Shown: piece after piece, positions 45,534-56,019 of the stretch
Position numbering within the stretch: the stretch's first letter is position 1
Layout: each line of letters begins with the position of its first letter
Origin: Leptolyngbyaceae cyanobacterium
GTDB taxonomy: Bacteria > Cyanobacteriota > Cyanobacteriia > Phormidesmidales > Phormidesmidaceae
Length of the DNA: 64,000 bases
Assembly (NCBI GenBank): GCA_965263355.1
Contig: CBDHHL010000034.1
Location: 17,299-81,298, forward strand
Direction of reading: 5' to 3'
Made by a program: the position numbers and the translations under genes
The notes under the pieces: model-generated
The model's input: only the letters and a program-made list of their open reading frames with translations
What the model was told of the DNA's origin: nothing
Database searches by the model: none

Positions 45534-47044
45534 GAGTCTTTGGGTTGTTCGTCGTCAAAAAAATCATCATCTGGCCCAGGCTTTTCTGACTCGTCTCCAG
45601 TCGGCTCCTGTTCCAATCTTGCCTCAGCTTCCAATGCTGCCTTGTACTCTTCGGTTAGCGTGATTGTATCCTGGTACTCTTGCCCGCCGTAATGACTCAA
45701 AATTGCGTTGGAAACAAAACGTTTATCAATAGCGCCTAGCGTTTGGATAATTGTTGCCCTATCTTTTTCTAAAGCTGCCTGCTGCTGGGCTGTTGGCTCA
45801 AATAACTTATTCCACTTCCACCCAACATTGTCTAAAATCTCGCCCTTAGTTGGCCCCTCTTGTTGAGCCATGACAACGCCCAGGACGCCAATAAACTCAG
45901 GGTCTAGGCTAATCATGTTGGGGCTGATTTTAGCCTCTTGCTCCTGGGAAACCGTATCATTCCATAGGGTATGCTCTTCTTGAGACTCGCCAGACGCCCC
46001 TAATCCAGCGCTGAACTCTCCAAACAATACAGCCGGGGGATATGGGGTATTGATTAACAGATACGTTTTGATTGTCTGCAGCAGTCCGTCATAACCGCCT
46101 ACCTGTCGAGTGACGTGCTCAATTGCTTCTTGGTCCATATCAGCCACGTAAGACCGAAAAGCAGACCGTGTTTTGGCATTCATCGCAGCGCTGTTAGCCA
46201 CCATCGACTTAGCGTTACTAGTGGCCCCATCGCAATCAGCTTGGAGCATTTCAGCCAAGCCTTTGATCTTGTGGACGATCACATCGAAGTCCTGGATCAT
46301 TCTCCCAGCCCCTTTGATGCCGCCGTAATACTCCAGGAATGCCTCAACAACGAGGTCTAAAATACTGCGGTCGGTGCCGGGGAGGCTATATCGATTACCA
46401 ATAAACTCGTCATCTTCTTCGATGCCCGTGAACCAGAAAACACGAGACCGATGAATAATAATGCCCGACATACTGAAAACATCACCCTGGGTATTTAATC
46501 CTTGGGCGAACACCTGGTAGTGGCTATAGCTGGGGCCATCATTATGGAAAAAATAAGGCACCACTTGCCATTTGCTGGCTACACGAAGGGACCTAATCTT
46601 TTTGAGATTATTTAAGTCCAACGGTTCATACAAAGGTCTCCCGTCATCAGCATCCAGGATGACAGCTCCATTGCCGGTCTTAAAGGCTAGCCCCAACGCC
46701 ATACGAATGGCAGATCGAAACCCTCCTCCACTGCGCCGTCGTCTTGAGTCAATGACAGGGATATTGATCAGTGCTTTATTTATGCTCTCTATGTCATCCT
46801 GAGAACCCCCATCTAATGTCACCGCTCCCCACTTTCGGCAGCAGGCATTAGGCAGGGTATAAACAATGCGATGCATCAGCCCGATTGAAGCGAGGGCCGA
46901 TTGTTGATATCGGTTCAGAGTTCGTATATTTTGCCAAGATATATCCCACGACTGGCTAGGGTCATACTTCGATACTCCTATCCCAGTCGCTTGATTGACA
47001 AGGCTATCTTCTCTATATATGGGCTCTGGGTAATAGGTGTCCAT
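45530..47044 (-). CDS. portal protein (DUF1073 family)
   Basis: DSLVNQATGIG, G.GAV, IHRSRV, P.AVLFG...GLGASGES, W..LFEPT. Confidence 0.85.
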   Translation of the reverse strand: MDTYYPEPIYREDSLVNQATGIGVSKYDPSQSWDISWQNIRTLNRYQQSALASIGLMHRIVYTLPNACCRKWGAVTLDGGSQDDIESINKALINIPVIDSRRRRSGGGFRSAIRMALGLAFKTGNGAVILDADDGRPLYEPLDLNNLKKIRSLRVASKWQVVPYFFHNDGPSYSHYQVFAQGLNTQGDVFSMSGIIIHRSRVFWFTGIEEDDEFIGNRYSLPGTDRSILDLVVEAFLEYYGGIKGAGRMIQDFDVIVHKIKGLAEMLQADCDGATSNAKSMVANSAAMNAKTRSAFRSYVADMDQEAIEHVTRQVGGYDGLLQTIKTYLLINTPYPPAVLFGEFSAGLGASGESQEEHTLWNDTVSQEQEAKISPNMISLDPEFIGVLGVVMAQQEGPTKGEILDNVGWKWNKLFEPTAQQQAALEKDRATIIQTLGAIDKRFVSNAILSHYGGQEYQDTITLTEEYKAALEAEARLEQEPTGDESEKPGPDDDFFDDEQPKDS

Positions 47045-47071
47045 TTGGACGATGACGCTCAGGATTTATGC

Positions 47072-48478
47072 CTATTCTAAGCGGTTTTGTGGTATGTGCA
47101 ATAGGGAATGAGTAACTGCCCCTGACTGACTAGTAAGATTCCCCACCAACTCAGCTGTTTCACCAGTCAGTTTTTCATAGCGTCTCAGAATCACCTCGCA
47201 GTACTCAGGTGATAACTCCATGCCATAAACAGTGCGATTGCCTGGCATTTGTTGGGCGGCAATGAGGCTAGGGGCTGAACCTAGAAATGGGTCAAAAATT
47301 ACATCGTCAGACTTGCCGTATTTTCCAAAAACCCATTCAGGGAGGGCTATAGGCTTTTGCGTGGGGTGAACTCTGCGCTCTCCTTTCTCCGACGCTTTCA
47401 TTAAGCCATTCCACATGTGCCTGAAGATCCTTACAGCTGTGTCTGAGTTTGTCCAGGCTAGTTCGGCATCAGCAAAGTTGCCAGTGTTTTCTTTGTCCCA
47501 AACGATCCAGCAATTTGAGTTAGGAAGAGACTGAGCATAGTAGTTGCCTCCCCACCAAACATGAAAAGCTTTTGAAAAAAGTGATAAAGCCACGCTTGAA
47601 GAATCTATAGCAGTTTCTATGGTGTCGTCCCCAATAATAGGGGCGTATTTGGTGGCGGGGACGATATTCCCGCCACCAACAGAGCCAAACGGCTTGGATC
47701 CTCCCACGGATTCGTTGGCGGAGACTATACTTATCCCATAAGGCGGATCCGCCCACACCACCCTCACTTCATCAATTCTATCCCCTAGTAGGCTTCTAAC
47801 ATTCCCTTCATCCGTACTATCACCACAGGCAATCCTATGCCTGCCGCACGCCCATATCTGACCAAGCGATACACGACTCTCTATTTCACCGCCAGCAGCT
47901 TTATCAAGGTTGTCTGCCAGGGCATCCTCATCGTCTTCTAGATCGGGTTCTTCATTGCCAATCATCTCTATCAGCAAATCCAAATCATCCCCATCCACTG
48001 TTACGGGCAACGAATCAGCCTGGGCTAATCGCTCAAGCAATTCTAAATACTCAGCAGGATTGTATAGCCCAGAGATATCCAGCGCAGTGAAATCCCCGCC
48101 CGTCATAGTGAGGCTATTGTGGTCCAGGCTGTATGCCAATCCTTCGGCTTCGGTGGCACTGTTGCCGCCGATAATGCACGGTACAGCCCAGTCTCCTGAT
48201 TCGGTGATTTTGATATAGGCTGGTGGCCCCTCACCTTGTTGACGCAGGCGCAGCAGCGCTTCTAGCCTGCCGTTCCCCTCGACAACTCCACCTTTGCCAT
48301 TGTTCAATGCAGCGTCTATAGCTAGTGGATCGCGAAAACCATAACGCTTAATTGAGGTGCAAATAGCACCAATATCATGCCGCTTTGCATTACCTTCCAG
48401 AAACTTCTCTGAGAGTTCAGAAAGAAGCAGATAGTTTATGGATAACTGAAGGAGGTCGGCTGCTGCTGTGGTGACCAT
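47072..48478 (-). CDS. ParB-like + N4/N6 DNA methyltransferase fusion
   Basis: SIKRYGFRDP, VEGNGRLEA; GRHRIACGDST, ADPPYG, HPTQKP, DPFLGS. Confidence 0.88.
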   Translation of the reverse strand: MVTTAAADLLQLSINYLLLSELSEKFLEGNAKRHDIGAICTSIKRYGFRDPLAIDAALNNGKGGVVEGNGRLEALLRLRQQGEGPPAYIKITESGDWAVPCIIGGNSATEAEGLAYSLDHNSLTMTGGDFTALDISGLYNPAEYLELLERLAQADSLPVTVDGDDLDLLIEMIGNEEPDLEDDEDALADNLDKAAGGEIESRVSLGQIWACGRHRIACGDSTDEGNVRSLLGDRIDEVRVVWADPPYGISIVSANESVGGSKPFGSVGGGNIVPATKYAPIIGDDTIETAIDSSSVALSLFSKAFHVWWGGNYYAQSLPNSNCWIVWDKENTGNFADAELAWTNSDTAVRIFRHMWNGLMKASEKGERRVHPTQKPIALPEWVFGKYGKSDDVIFDPFLGSAPSLIAAQQMPGNRTVYGMELSPEYCEVILRRYEKLTGETAELVGNLTSQSGAVTHSLLHIPQNRLE

Positions 48479-48534
48479 GGCGGCGATTTGCTAGGATTCT
48501 AGACATATCGTACTGTACTTTTCTTATACTTTCC

Positions 48535-49059
48535 GTGGGTAAACGCGTTGACTGGGAACATTGGCGAGGCCTTTATGTAGCCGGGGATGACTCGGTTACT
48601 TTTCAGTCTTTATCTGAGCTGGATGGCGCGCCAGCATTCTCTACAATTAGGAACAAAGCGTGCCCCCCCAAAAACAGCAATGAGCCGAGCTGGGCCGACT
48701 TAAGGAAGCAGTACAGAAAAGAATTAGCTAAAGAGTCTGTTGGGGGAGATAGAGTAAGTTTAAGCGTCGAAGATGCGATTGCTCGGACGGACAAGATAAT
48801 TGACACCGCCGAGATGCTTACTCAACACAATGCGATCGCTAAAGCATTGATCGGGATAGGCGCTGCGGGCATTAAGGAGTTTCAGCGAAATAATTTTTCT
48901 AAGGCAAAACAGATGAAGCCCCGAGAGCTTTTAGAATTCGCTAAGTTTGGCATAGAAATGCAGCGCATTATCGAAGGCATGGCCACCAGCAAAACAGAAA
49001 TAGATTTCAAGGGCATGTCTGACGCGGAATTAAACGCAATTATTGATGGCGACACTTAG
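48535..49059 (+). CDS. terminase small subunit
   Basis: DWE..R..YV HTH start, MSDAELNAII end, overlaps the large subunit. Confidence 0.7.
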   Translation: MGKRVDWEHWRGLYVAGDDSVTFQSLSELDGAPAFSTIRNKACPPKNSNEPSWADLRKQYRKELAKESVGGDRVSLSVEDAIARTDKIIDTAEMLTQHNAIAKALIGIGAAGIKEFQRNNFSKAKQMKPRELLEFAKFGIEMQRIIEGMATSKTEIDFKGMSDAELNAIIDGDT

Positions 49060-50560
49060 AGAGCGGGCGCTAGCGGAACGGGAGCGGAGGCGGAGAGCCC
49101 GCCAGAACAACTATAACTCGCTGCCCCTTGACCTCCAGCCCCGACCAGGTGAATCGCCTCACAGTTTTTTGCAACGTCGTTTGCCAGGGGTACTTGTCCC
49201 TACTGGTACACGACATTTGGCGGTATGGGATTGGCTAGATCGAATGCAGCCAGATACCCCTATTGAGTCAAGGATTGAAATCTGGGCTCGTGGCGGAGCT
49301 AAGTCAACAATTGCAGAGCAGGGTTGCGCGTATCTTGCTTGCAGTCTAAAGCGTCGCTTTGTTTTGTATGTCTGTGGCACCCAGGATCAGGCTAATTTGC
49401 ACGTGCAGGCAGTTGCGGCGTTGTTGGAGCAGATGGGCGTTCCTCGTGCGCTGAATAAGTATCAAGCTAGCATTTCATGGACTGCTGACCGCCTACAGAC
49501 AGCCAATGGGTTTGGAGTGCTTGGTGTTGGTCTAAACAGCCGGATTCGTGGTGCTCGAATGGAACAGTTTAGGCCAGACTTAATCATCTTGGACGATGTC
49601 GATGGCGAGCACGATACGCGCAAAGGGACTCAGAAAAAACTAGACACTATCTCGAAAGCTATTCTTGCAGCTGGGGCGACCTATGCTACTGGGTTATTTG
49701 TGCAAAATAAAATCCACAAAGATAGCGCGATCGCTCAAGTCGCAGATGGTAGAGCAGGTTTTCTGCTAGGCGCTTCGGTCGTTGAAGAACCAGCAGTGAA
49801 TGGATTAGAAGTAGAGCATCACTTTGACGAAAAATTACAGAAAAACCAGTATCGCATCATCAAGGGAGAGGCTACTTGGCCTCAGGGGCAAAGCATTGAA
49901 GTTGCCGAGAAGCAGATTAATGATTGGGGTCTAAGTGCATTCTTGCAAGAATCCCAACACGAAGATAAACCTGACGGAGGTTTATGGAGCATGGAAAACG
50001 ATATTGAGCCATACCGAAAGGCTGTTCCTCCGTCTCATTTTGTTCGCATTGTTGTAGGCGTTGATCCCCCTGGCAGCATCAATACTGAAGCTGGCATTGT
50101 AGCTGTGGGTAAAACCGCCAATGGCCATTATTATGTCTTGGCTGATGACTCACTACTTGGCAAGCCCAACCAGTGGGCAGGCGCAGCAATCGGACGATAC
50201 CAATCTTTGCAGGCAGACACCATCGCAGGTGAGCGTAACTATGGGGGGGATATGGTAGAAAATACTGTCAAAAACATAAACCCTCAAGTAGGGTACAAAG
50301 ACGTTCAGGCTACACGGGGGAAACAAGTTAGGGCTGAACCTGTTCAACAACTGTATGAGTCAGGCCGTGTCCATCATGTCGGGCACTTCCCAGACCTAGA
50401 AAAAGAGCTTTGCAAATGGAACCCTGGGGATAAATCGCCTAACCGATTAGATGCGTTGGTATGGGCTATTACCGAATTAATGGGCTTCACAACAGCTGGC
50501 CTTATTGGCATCCAACAGTCGTCAATAGCTGATCGTTTTGAAGAACTCGGAGTATCCTGA
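49043..50560 (+). CDS. terminase large subunit
   Basis: RGGAKST Walker A, RPDLIILDD Walker B, VGVDPP, ERNYGG, GKQVRAEP, SPNRLDALVWA. Confidence 0.93.
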   Translation: MMATLRERALAERERRRRARQNNYNSLPLDLQPRPGESPHSFLQRRLPGVLVPTGTRHLAVWDWLDRMQPDTPIESRIEIWARGGAKSTIAEQGCAYLACSLKRRFVLYVCGTQDQANLHVQAVAALLEQMGVPRALNKYQASISWTADRLQTANGFGVLGVGLNSRIRGARMEQFRPDLIILDDVDGEHDTRKGTQKKLDTISKAILAAGATYATGLFVQNKIHKDSAIAQVADGRAGFLLGASVVEEPAVNGLEVEHHFDEKLQKNQYRIIKGEATWPQGQSIEVAEKQINDWGLSAFLQESQHEDKPDGGLWSMENDIEPYRKAVPPSHFVRIVVGVDPPGSINTEAGIVAVGKTANGHYYVLADDSLLGKPNQWAGAAIGRYQSLQADTIAGERNYGGDMVENTVKNINPQVGYKDVQATRGKQVRAEPVQQLYESGRVHHVGHFPDLEKELCKWNPGDKSPNRLDALVWAITELMGFTTAGLIGIQQSSIADRFEELGVS

Positions 50561-51195
50561 TGCCACGATTAAGCTATGAAATTTCCTGGCACTGCAGCCT
50601 TTACGCTTCTTATGCAGGGTGGGCCACAGCGCTGTTCATGCAGTCCCGAAAGTTTCCCGCTCAGGCCTACCAGTATCAAGTCATTGGGATTAACAGCTCA
50701 GATATCTTGCTGCCCAACGAGCTATCTAATGCCGTGTTTGATCTGTGGTGGAGTAACTTCACTGACCCAGAGATGCGAAAAGGTGGACTATACCCAGTAG
50801 AACGACTGTATTGCAATACTCTGCATTACAAAGATGGTATCCGTCGCCAGTTCAACCAGGCAAAAGTGAAAGGCTATCAAGGACACCCTAAGCCATTGGT
50901 TGGCGAGTGGCAGTTTTACCAGATTCGTCATTGGAGTCATGTCACTGGGCTTTCTGGGGACTTACTAGAGAGCGCTTTGCTGAACCTGAGCGCTGCGATA
51001 AATAATGGTCAGCTGAAAGTAGATGCTGAGATCGCCCAGCAATTACGAGAAGAGATGCGAGGCGGCTACGATTGGGAAGTGGGGGTTAAGTCTATGCCTG
51101 TAACTTTGGCGGCATTTGTACAGGCATTTAGCCAGATGCCTTTAACAGTAAAGGCGACGGCAGCACAGGCGTATTTGAAGGGGAGTTGGGCGTGA
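50560..51195 (+). CDS. hypothetical protein coupled to terminase
   Basis: TGATG overlap. Confidence 0.55.
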   Translation: MPRLSYEISWHCSLYASYAGWATALFMQSRKFPAQAYQYQVIGINSSDILLPNELSNAVFDLWWSNFTDPEMRKGGLYPVERLYCNTLHYKDGIRRQFNQAKVKGYQGHPKPLVGEWQFYQIRHWSHVTGLSGDLLESALLNLSAAINNGQLKVDAEIAQQLREEMRGGYDWEVGVKSMPVTLAAFVQAFSQMPLTVKATAAQAYLKGSWA

Positions 51196-51259
51196 AAGTT
51201 GAGGTTAGGGGCCACTTAAACCCTTAGAGGGAGATAGTCATGTATCAAGGAGTGGGATT

Positions 51260-51550
51260 ATGGATCTGGGCAAGCAAGAATTGAGCGCTGAATATACAAC
51301 AATCCATACGGATTACAAGGAGTGTAGGCTTGGGTCCATTCTTTATAAGCCAGGGGTGGACTCTCAGGCAAAAAAGATGAGCTTTGAGATCGCGAGAGCC
51401 GATCAGGAGTGTGGGCCTAGTAAAAAAGGGCTAATAGAATTGCCTGAAGTCCTATTCCTTCGTCTCACTGAAACAAATACAAAGGTGGAGGATTTAAGGC
51501 TTAGTCGGTCGGACATAAAGACTTCTGACCTGTGGATTCGAGTACTGTAA
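51260..51550 (+). CDS. hypothetical protein
   Basis: AAGGAG RBS. Confidence 0.5.
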   Translation: MDLGKQELSAEYTTIHTDYKECRLGSILYKPGVDSQAKKMSFEIARADQECGPSKKGLIELPEVLFLRLTETNTKVEDLRLSRSDIKTSDLWIRVL

Positions 51551-51556
51551 GGAAGG

Positions 51557-51997
51557 TTGGACTTGAAACTCATTACTTATGGCTGCGGCCCAGCTTTTGT
51601 CCTGCAAAAGTTCAACCCTGTCAAAAACCATCCCCATCACTTTAAGCCCATTGGTGGTTTATGGGCATCACCCGTCGATTCGGATATGTCTTGGAAAAGT
51701 TGGTGTGAGCACGAGGGCGAAATTCATCGATTAAGTTCGTTTTTTGAGTTCGAATTCTTTGGGAAGCTTTTGACAATCGACGGCTATGAAGATTTGATTC
51801 ATACACAATGGAGAGGAACACCCCAAAAGATCGACGGGATAGACTTTGAGTGGGCCTTAGCTCAAGGATTTGACGGCATATATCTAACAGGCCCAGGTCA
51901 AATAGCTACCCGCACCCTCCTGTATGGCTGGGATTGCGAGTGTGTGTTTGTGATGAATCCGATACTCATCAAGCACTCCTCTGCAAAGCCCTTCTAA
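51557..51997 (+). CDS. conserved phage hypothetical protein
   Basis: KPIGGLWASP, W..WC, FDGIYLT, LYGWDCE motifs. Confidence 0.65.
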   Translation: MDLKLITYGCGPAFVLQKFNPVKNHPHHFKPIGGLWASPVDSDMSWKSWCEHEGEIHRLSSFFEFEFFGKLLTIDGYEDLIHTQWRGTPQKIDGIDFEWALAQGFDGIYLTGPGQIATRTLLYGWDCECVFVMNPILIKHSSAKPF

Positions 51998-52034
51998 ACG
52001 CCTCCCAAAAGTAATAGCTCAGCACGTCATTAGG

Positions 52035-53315
52035 CTATCCCTCAACCTCGTCCCATTCATAGCGTCGATTGTCGGCACCCTCTGCATAGTCGGTGAATAG
52101 ACTTAGTAGCCCTCTTTCATTGATTACAGTCAACGCATCAGGACCCATACGTTGACACCAATCTACGCATTGCTCAAACCGAAGCTGCAGTTCTTCGTTG
52201 TACCACTCCTGATCGATTGTGCGGCTTTGACCACGATCTTGAGCCGCACAATCCCTAAGCAGCTGTAAAGGCAACCTACCGCTGCTGTAAGGCCCTCCAA
52301 AGGCTGTATCTAGGGTCATGGTCCCATCTTTACCTTCAACCACTAAACTGCCGTCAGGGGCCGTTCCAGCTAGCTCATAGTCCAAGTAGTCAAAAGCTAG
52401 CTCATACTGCATGATGCGTGTTGCCATCCAGCGGGGGAGTTTGTAAAGCTTCCCATAGGGCAGCTGCAGCCATCCGTGCTTGTCGTACTGAAGCTTAGTC
52501 CTATGCGCTCCACGTTTGTTCAGTCTTTTCGAACGTTGCGGAACCTTTTCAATCTCCGGTAGGGTGATTGCTTTTTGGCCAGAAGAATCATTGGGGTGAG
52601 TGGCGTAGTCGGTCGGTGATGCTACTTGATCGCTTTGGGCCAGTGGTGGATCTTGATCACTCTGGTCAGACAAACCGAAAAAGGAAGAATCAGTGACAGT
52701 GCATTCCTCAGGAATCACTTTAGGCGGAGACAGCTTGCCTGTCTCTTTATAAAGTAGCGGAGCTACTGTATAAAGCTGCGTAGCAGCTGACTTGTGTTCT
52801 TTGCTTGTAGTCTCTGTTAATGGAAGTGACGATTTCTGCCACTTCGATCTGCCACTTTCTGCCACATCGATTTGACGATTTCTGCCACTTCCAGTGTTTC
52901 CAATGGTTTCAGCCCTGTTTTTGCTCTTTTTGTCCTTAATGGCGGACTCCAGCGCCTCCCACTTAACTCTGATGTGGAGCATGGGCGTCCCGTTAAATTT
53001 CCAGACGTTGGTTTCTATTAGCCCTCTTTGCTCAATGTTCTCAATTGCGGTCCTAGCTCTTCTTGGCTTAATCCTGCATTCATCAACCCAGTCTTTGTAG
53101 GCTTTAGCCAGCCAAAGGTGGCCATGCTTTTTGATCTTTAGTCGGGGTTGACCAGTTTCTAGGTTGTTGCCATGCCAAAACATGATTTGGCTGAAAATTA
53201 CCCCGTCATTTAGGTTCCCATCGTTGATATCGATGTAAATGCGTTTGACGTTAATGCAGTCACGGGCGGACTCTTCACTCTGAAGCCAACCCTGCATAAA
53301 ATCTGTTATACTCAT
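52035..53315 (-). CDS. second replication-initiator-like wHTH protein
   Basis: IFSQIMFW, WLAKAYKDW, A...IEQRGLI, FNGTP.LH, then iteron-coding linker and LTETTS. Confidence 0.7.
   Translation of the reverse strand: MSITDFMQGWLQSEESARDCINVKRIYIDINDGNLNDGVIFSQIMFWHGNNLETGQPRLKIKKHGHLWLAKAYKDWVDECRIKPRRARTAIENIEQRGLIETNVWKFNGTPMLHIRVKWEALESAIKDKKSKNRAETIGNTGSGRNRQIDVAESGRSKWQKSSLPLTETTSKEHKSAATQLYTVAPLLYKETGKLSPPKVIPEECTVTDSSFFGLSDQSDQDPPLAQSDQVASPTDYATHPNDSSGQKAITLPEIEKVPQRSKRLNKRGAHRTKLQYDKHGWLQLPYGKLYKLPRWMATRIMQYELAFDYLDYELAGTAPDGSLVVEGKDGTMTLDTAFGGPYSSGRLPLQLLRDCAAQDRGQSRTIDQEWYNEELQLRFEQCVDWCQRMGPDALTVINERGLLSLFTDYAEGADNRRYEWDEVEG
52827..52891. repeat. iteron-like repeats inside the second initiator gene
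   Basis: TGACGATTTCTGCCACTTC at 52827 and 52873; TCTGCCAC four times. Confidence 0.75.
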
Positions 53316-53390
53316 GATGAAAATTCGAAACTCCAGTAAGCACCGCAACGGCTCCAAAACGTAGGCGGTGCTTATATTTTAGCAATTCTA

Positions 53391-55544
53391 CTAACCCTTT
53401 AGCTGCTGATAAAGCCTATCCACCAAAGTCGTATTCCGACTATCGGACGTTTGGGTTTTAACGGCCACCTGGATCGCCTTTTCCTCGCCCACCATAATCA
53501 CCAGCTTTTTGCCACGGGTGACGGCGGTGTAATACAGGTTCCGCTTGAGCATCATATAATGCTGCATCGTTGCTGGGATAACTACCACAGGGAACTCAGA
53601 GCCCTGGGATTTGTGGACACTGATTGAGTAAGCCAGCATCACATCAGACATCTCACCACTGGCATACACTACAGCTTTACCGTCGGGTGACTCCGAACAG
53701 GGATACCGAATAGTAAACTCCTTGTCTTCGGTGTTGATGCCCTCGATGACACCTATGTCGCCGTTGAATACGCCTTTGTCATAGTCGTTACTGGTTTGTA
53801 TCACTCGGTCATTTAATCGCCATCCAGATAGCTCCTGGACAGGCTTGGGGTTCCATATGTCCTGCACCATTTGATTGAGTGCAATATTGCCCACATCACC
53901 ACGATGTTGCGGGCTAAGTAGCTGGATGTCGCTGTTGGGGATGCCCATTGTTGGCAAGCATTCTCTAAGCAACCATTGAATAGCTACTGGTATTTTTGCT
54001 TGATCACATGCCACCCACAGTGCGTCAGTCACAATCTCAGTGTTACGCGATACCCGTTGGAAGCAGGGGAAACGACCTGCATTGATGTCATGAGACACCT
54101 GAATAATCCGGCTGTCGCCAGATTGTCGAAATACCTGGGTTAACTCTTTGACTGGCAGCAGCCCACTCTCTATCGCATCTTTTAGGACATTGCCCGCTCC
54201 AATACAAGGCAGCTGGTTAGGGTCACCAATCATCAACACTGAAGCGTGGGCAGGAATTGCCCTGAACAATGAGTTCATTAACTCCAGATTGGGCATAGAG
54301 GCTTCATCGATCAGGATGGCATCGCACTCAATTGGGTTCTCACCGTCCTTCTCAAACCCATGGCCAGTCCAACCAAGTAACCGGTGGATAGTCGATGCAC
54401 TTACCCCAGTCGCTTCTTTGATCCGCTGAGCAGCTTTGCCGGTCGGTGCACAGCTGACAATTTTTTTACCCTGACTATCCCAATATTCAATGATGGCTTT
54501 TGCCACACTGGACTTACCCACACCAGCACCACCTGTGATGATTGACAGCTGACTTTGGGCGACCATCTGAACTGCTTTACGCTGGTCACTCCCTAATGGG
54601 AAAGCATTGGTTAGGTCGTATTTGTCCAACCACAGATTAAGTCCTTGGTCGTGTGGCAGCGCGCCACACTGAGCAACAATAGCATCAGCTAATTCGTGCT
54701 CAGCCTTCCAATATTTGTCAAGGTAAACTCGATCCCTTTCTTGGATAATGGTCTGCATTTTTTTGCATACTGCGGCCACATCACTGGACTGGATAGCCAC
54801 CCCTGGCAACTTCAGTAATGCTGCAGCTTTGGTCAGTAACTCGTCAGTGGGGAGATAGCAATGCCCATTAAAGCTAGCGGCTTCTTTCAAGACATACTTA
54901 ATCCCAGCGGCTAGCCGAGTTTTGCTAACAGCACCAATACCCAGGCCAAGAGCTACCTCATCAGCTCGCTTAAACCCAAACCCACGAACGCGATCGCATA
55001 GTTTATAGGGGTCTTTTTTAATCTCGCCAACAGCTGCATCCCCAAACTCTTTCCAGATTCTTGACGCATAACCAGCGCTCACGCCTAACTCCTGAAGAAA
55101 CTCGATAATAGTTCTCAGTTCCCTGGAGTTTTGGTAAGACTTAATCATCTTTGGCAGTGTCTTAGGCCCAACTCCTCTCACTTCGATCAATCGATCAGGA
55201 TTGTTGTCTAGCAAGTCAAAAACAGCATCTCCAAATTTCTCGTAAATTCGTCTAGCTAAACTTTCCTTAACGCCCTTGAGAGTAGACAGGTAGGCGATGA
55301 CGCCTTCTTTTGAAGATGGTTGGGGGAACTTATATCGGTCGAACTTGAATTGTCTCCCATACTTTGGATGCTCTATCCAGTCACCCTTTAACTCAACATC
55401 AACACCCTGCTGAACGTCAGGCATAGTGCCAACAATGGTGATGGTGTCGAATTCGTCATGTGGGTCAAAAGCGAGAATTACATACCCTGTATCCTCGGCC
55501 TTGAATCGGACAGAACGCACCTGGCCAGTTAGTAAGTCAGTCAT
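53391..55544 (-). CDS. recD2: RecD2-family SF1B helicase
   Basis: HPKYGRQF, HhH (VRGVGPK, GFGFKRAD), GGAGVGKS, STIHRLL, DEASM, GDPNQL, VFNGDIG, SVHKSQGSE, YTAVTRG. Confidence 0.93.
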   Translation of the reverse strand: MTDLLTGQVRSVRFKAEDTGYVILAFDPHDEFDTITIVGTMPDVQQGVDVELKGDWIEHPKYGRQFKFDRYKFPQPSSKEGVIAYLSTLKGVKESLARRIYEKFGDAVFDLLDNNPDRLIEVRGVGPKTLPKMIKSYQNSRELRTIIEFLQELGVSAGYASRIWKEFGDAAVGEIKKDPYKLCDRVRGFGFKRADEVALGLGIGAVSKTRLAAGIKYVLKEAASFNGHCYLPTDELLTKAAALLKLPGVAIQSSDVAAVCKKMQTIIQERDRVYLDKYWKAEHELADAIVAQCGALPHDQGLNLWLDKYDLTNAFPLGSDQRKAVQMVAQSQLSIITGGAGVGKSSVAKAIIEYWDSQGKKIVSCAPTGKAAQRIKEATGVSASTIHRLLGWTGHGFEKDGENPIECDAILIDEASMPNLELMNSLFRAIPAHASVLMIGDPNQLPCIGAGNVLKDAIESGLLPVKELTQVFRQSGDSRIIQVSHDINAGRFPCFQRVSRNTEIVTDALWVACDQAKIPVAIQWLLRECLPTMGIPNSDIQLLSPQHRGDVGNIALNQMVQDIWNPKPVQELSGWRLNDRVIQTSNDYDKGVFNGDIGVIEGINTEDKEFTIRYPCSESPDGKAVVYASGEMSDVMLAYSISVHKSQGSEFPVVVIPATMQHYMMLKRNLYYTAVTRGKKLVIMVGEEKAIQVAVKTQTSDSRNTTLVDRLYQQLKG

Positions 55545-55854
55545 GATCTCCGAATTCCTCAATAATTGCTTGCATCATTACCTCAATGGGTTTAGCAGCA
55601 GTCGAATAACCCTCTAGTCGAGCAGCTAAGTTCAGCATTCTTTCACCCATAGACTCAACGGGGGCTTCCCTGAATTCGTCCATAGAACAACCTAGCCAGT
55701 CACACAAGCGCTCGTAAGTCTCCAAGGTGACGGACCCACCAGAGAGCAGGCGGCTAAGTGTCGATTCGCTAACCCTTATCGCAAGAGATAGATTCTTGGC
55801 CGTTTTATCGCCTGCTTTATTCCGCACGGCTTGACGGAGTTTCTCGTAATTCAT
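55537..55854 (-). CDS. XRE HTH regulator (probable start MNYEKL)
   Basis: LSLAIRVSESTLSRLLSG...LCDWLG. Confidence 0.8.
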   Translation of the reverse strand: MNYEKLRQAVRNKAGDKTAKNLSLAIRVSESTLSRLLSGGSVTLETYERLCDWLGCSMDEFREAPVESMGERMLNLAARLEGYSTAAKPIEVMMQAIIEEFGDHD

Positions 55855-55968
55855 AATTGCATTGTAGCAATTAATTGCAGAAGCGCAATTATCAGCCAAC
55901 AGCAAACCTAGGCCGAGATATGGCACGACGTTGTGCTATATTCATAAGTAGCATTCCTATTGATTATC

Positions 55969-56011
55969 AAAAGCACCGAGCACATGGGCCGCTAACCCGC
56001 TCGGTGCTTTT
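55969..56011. terminator. intrinsic terminator, probably bidirectional
   Basis: AAAAGCACCGAG...CTCGGTGCTTTT. Confidence 0.75.
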
Positions 56012-56019
56012 ATTTTAGC

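Noticed and set aside
45530..47044. Anti-CBASS Acb1 label often attached to DUF1073 proteins
   Set aside because: No HxT phosphoesterase motifs seen; size and synteny fit a portal.
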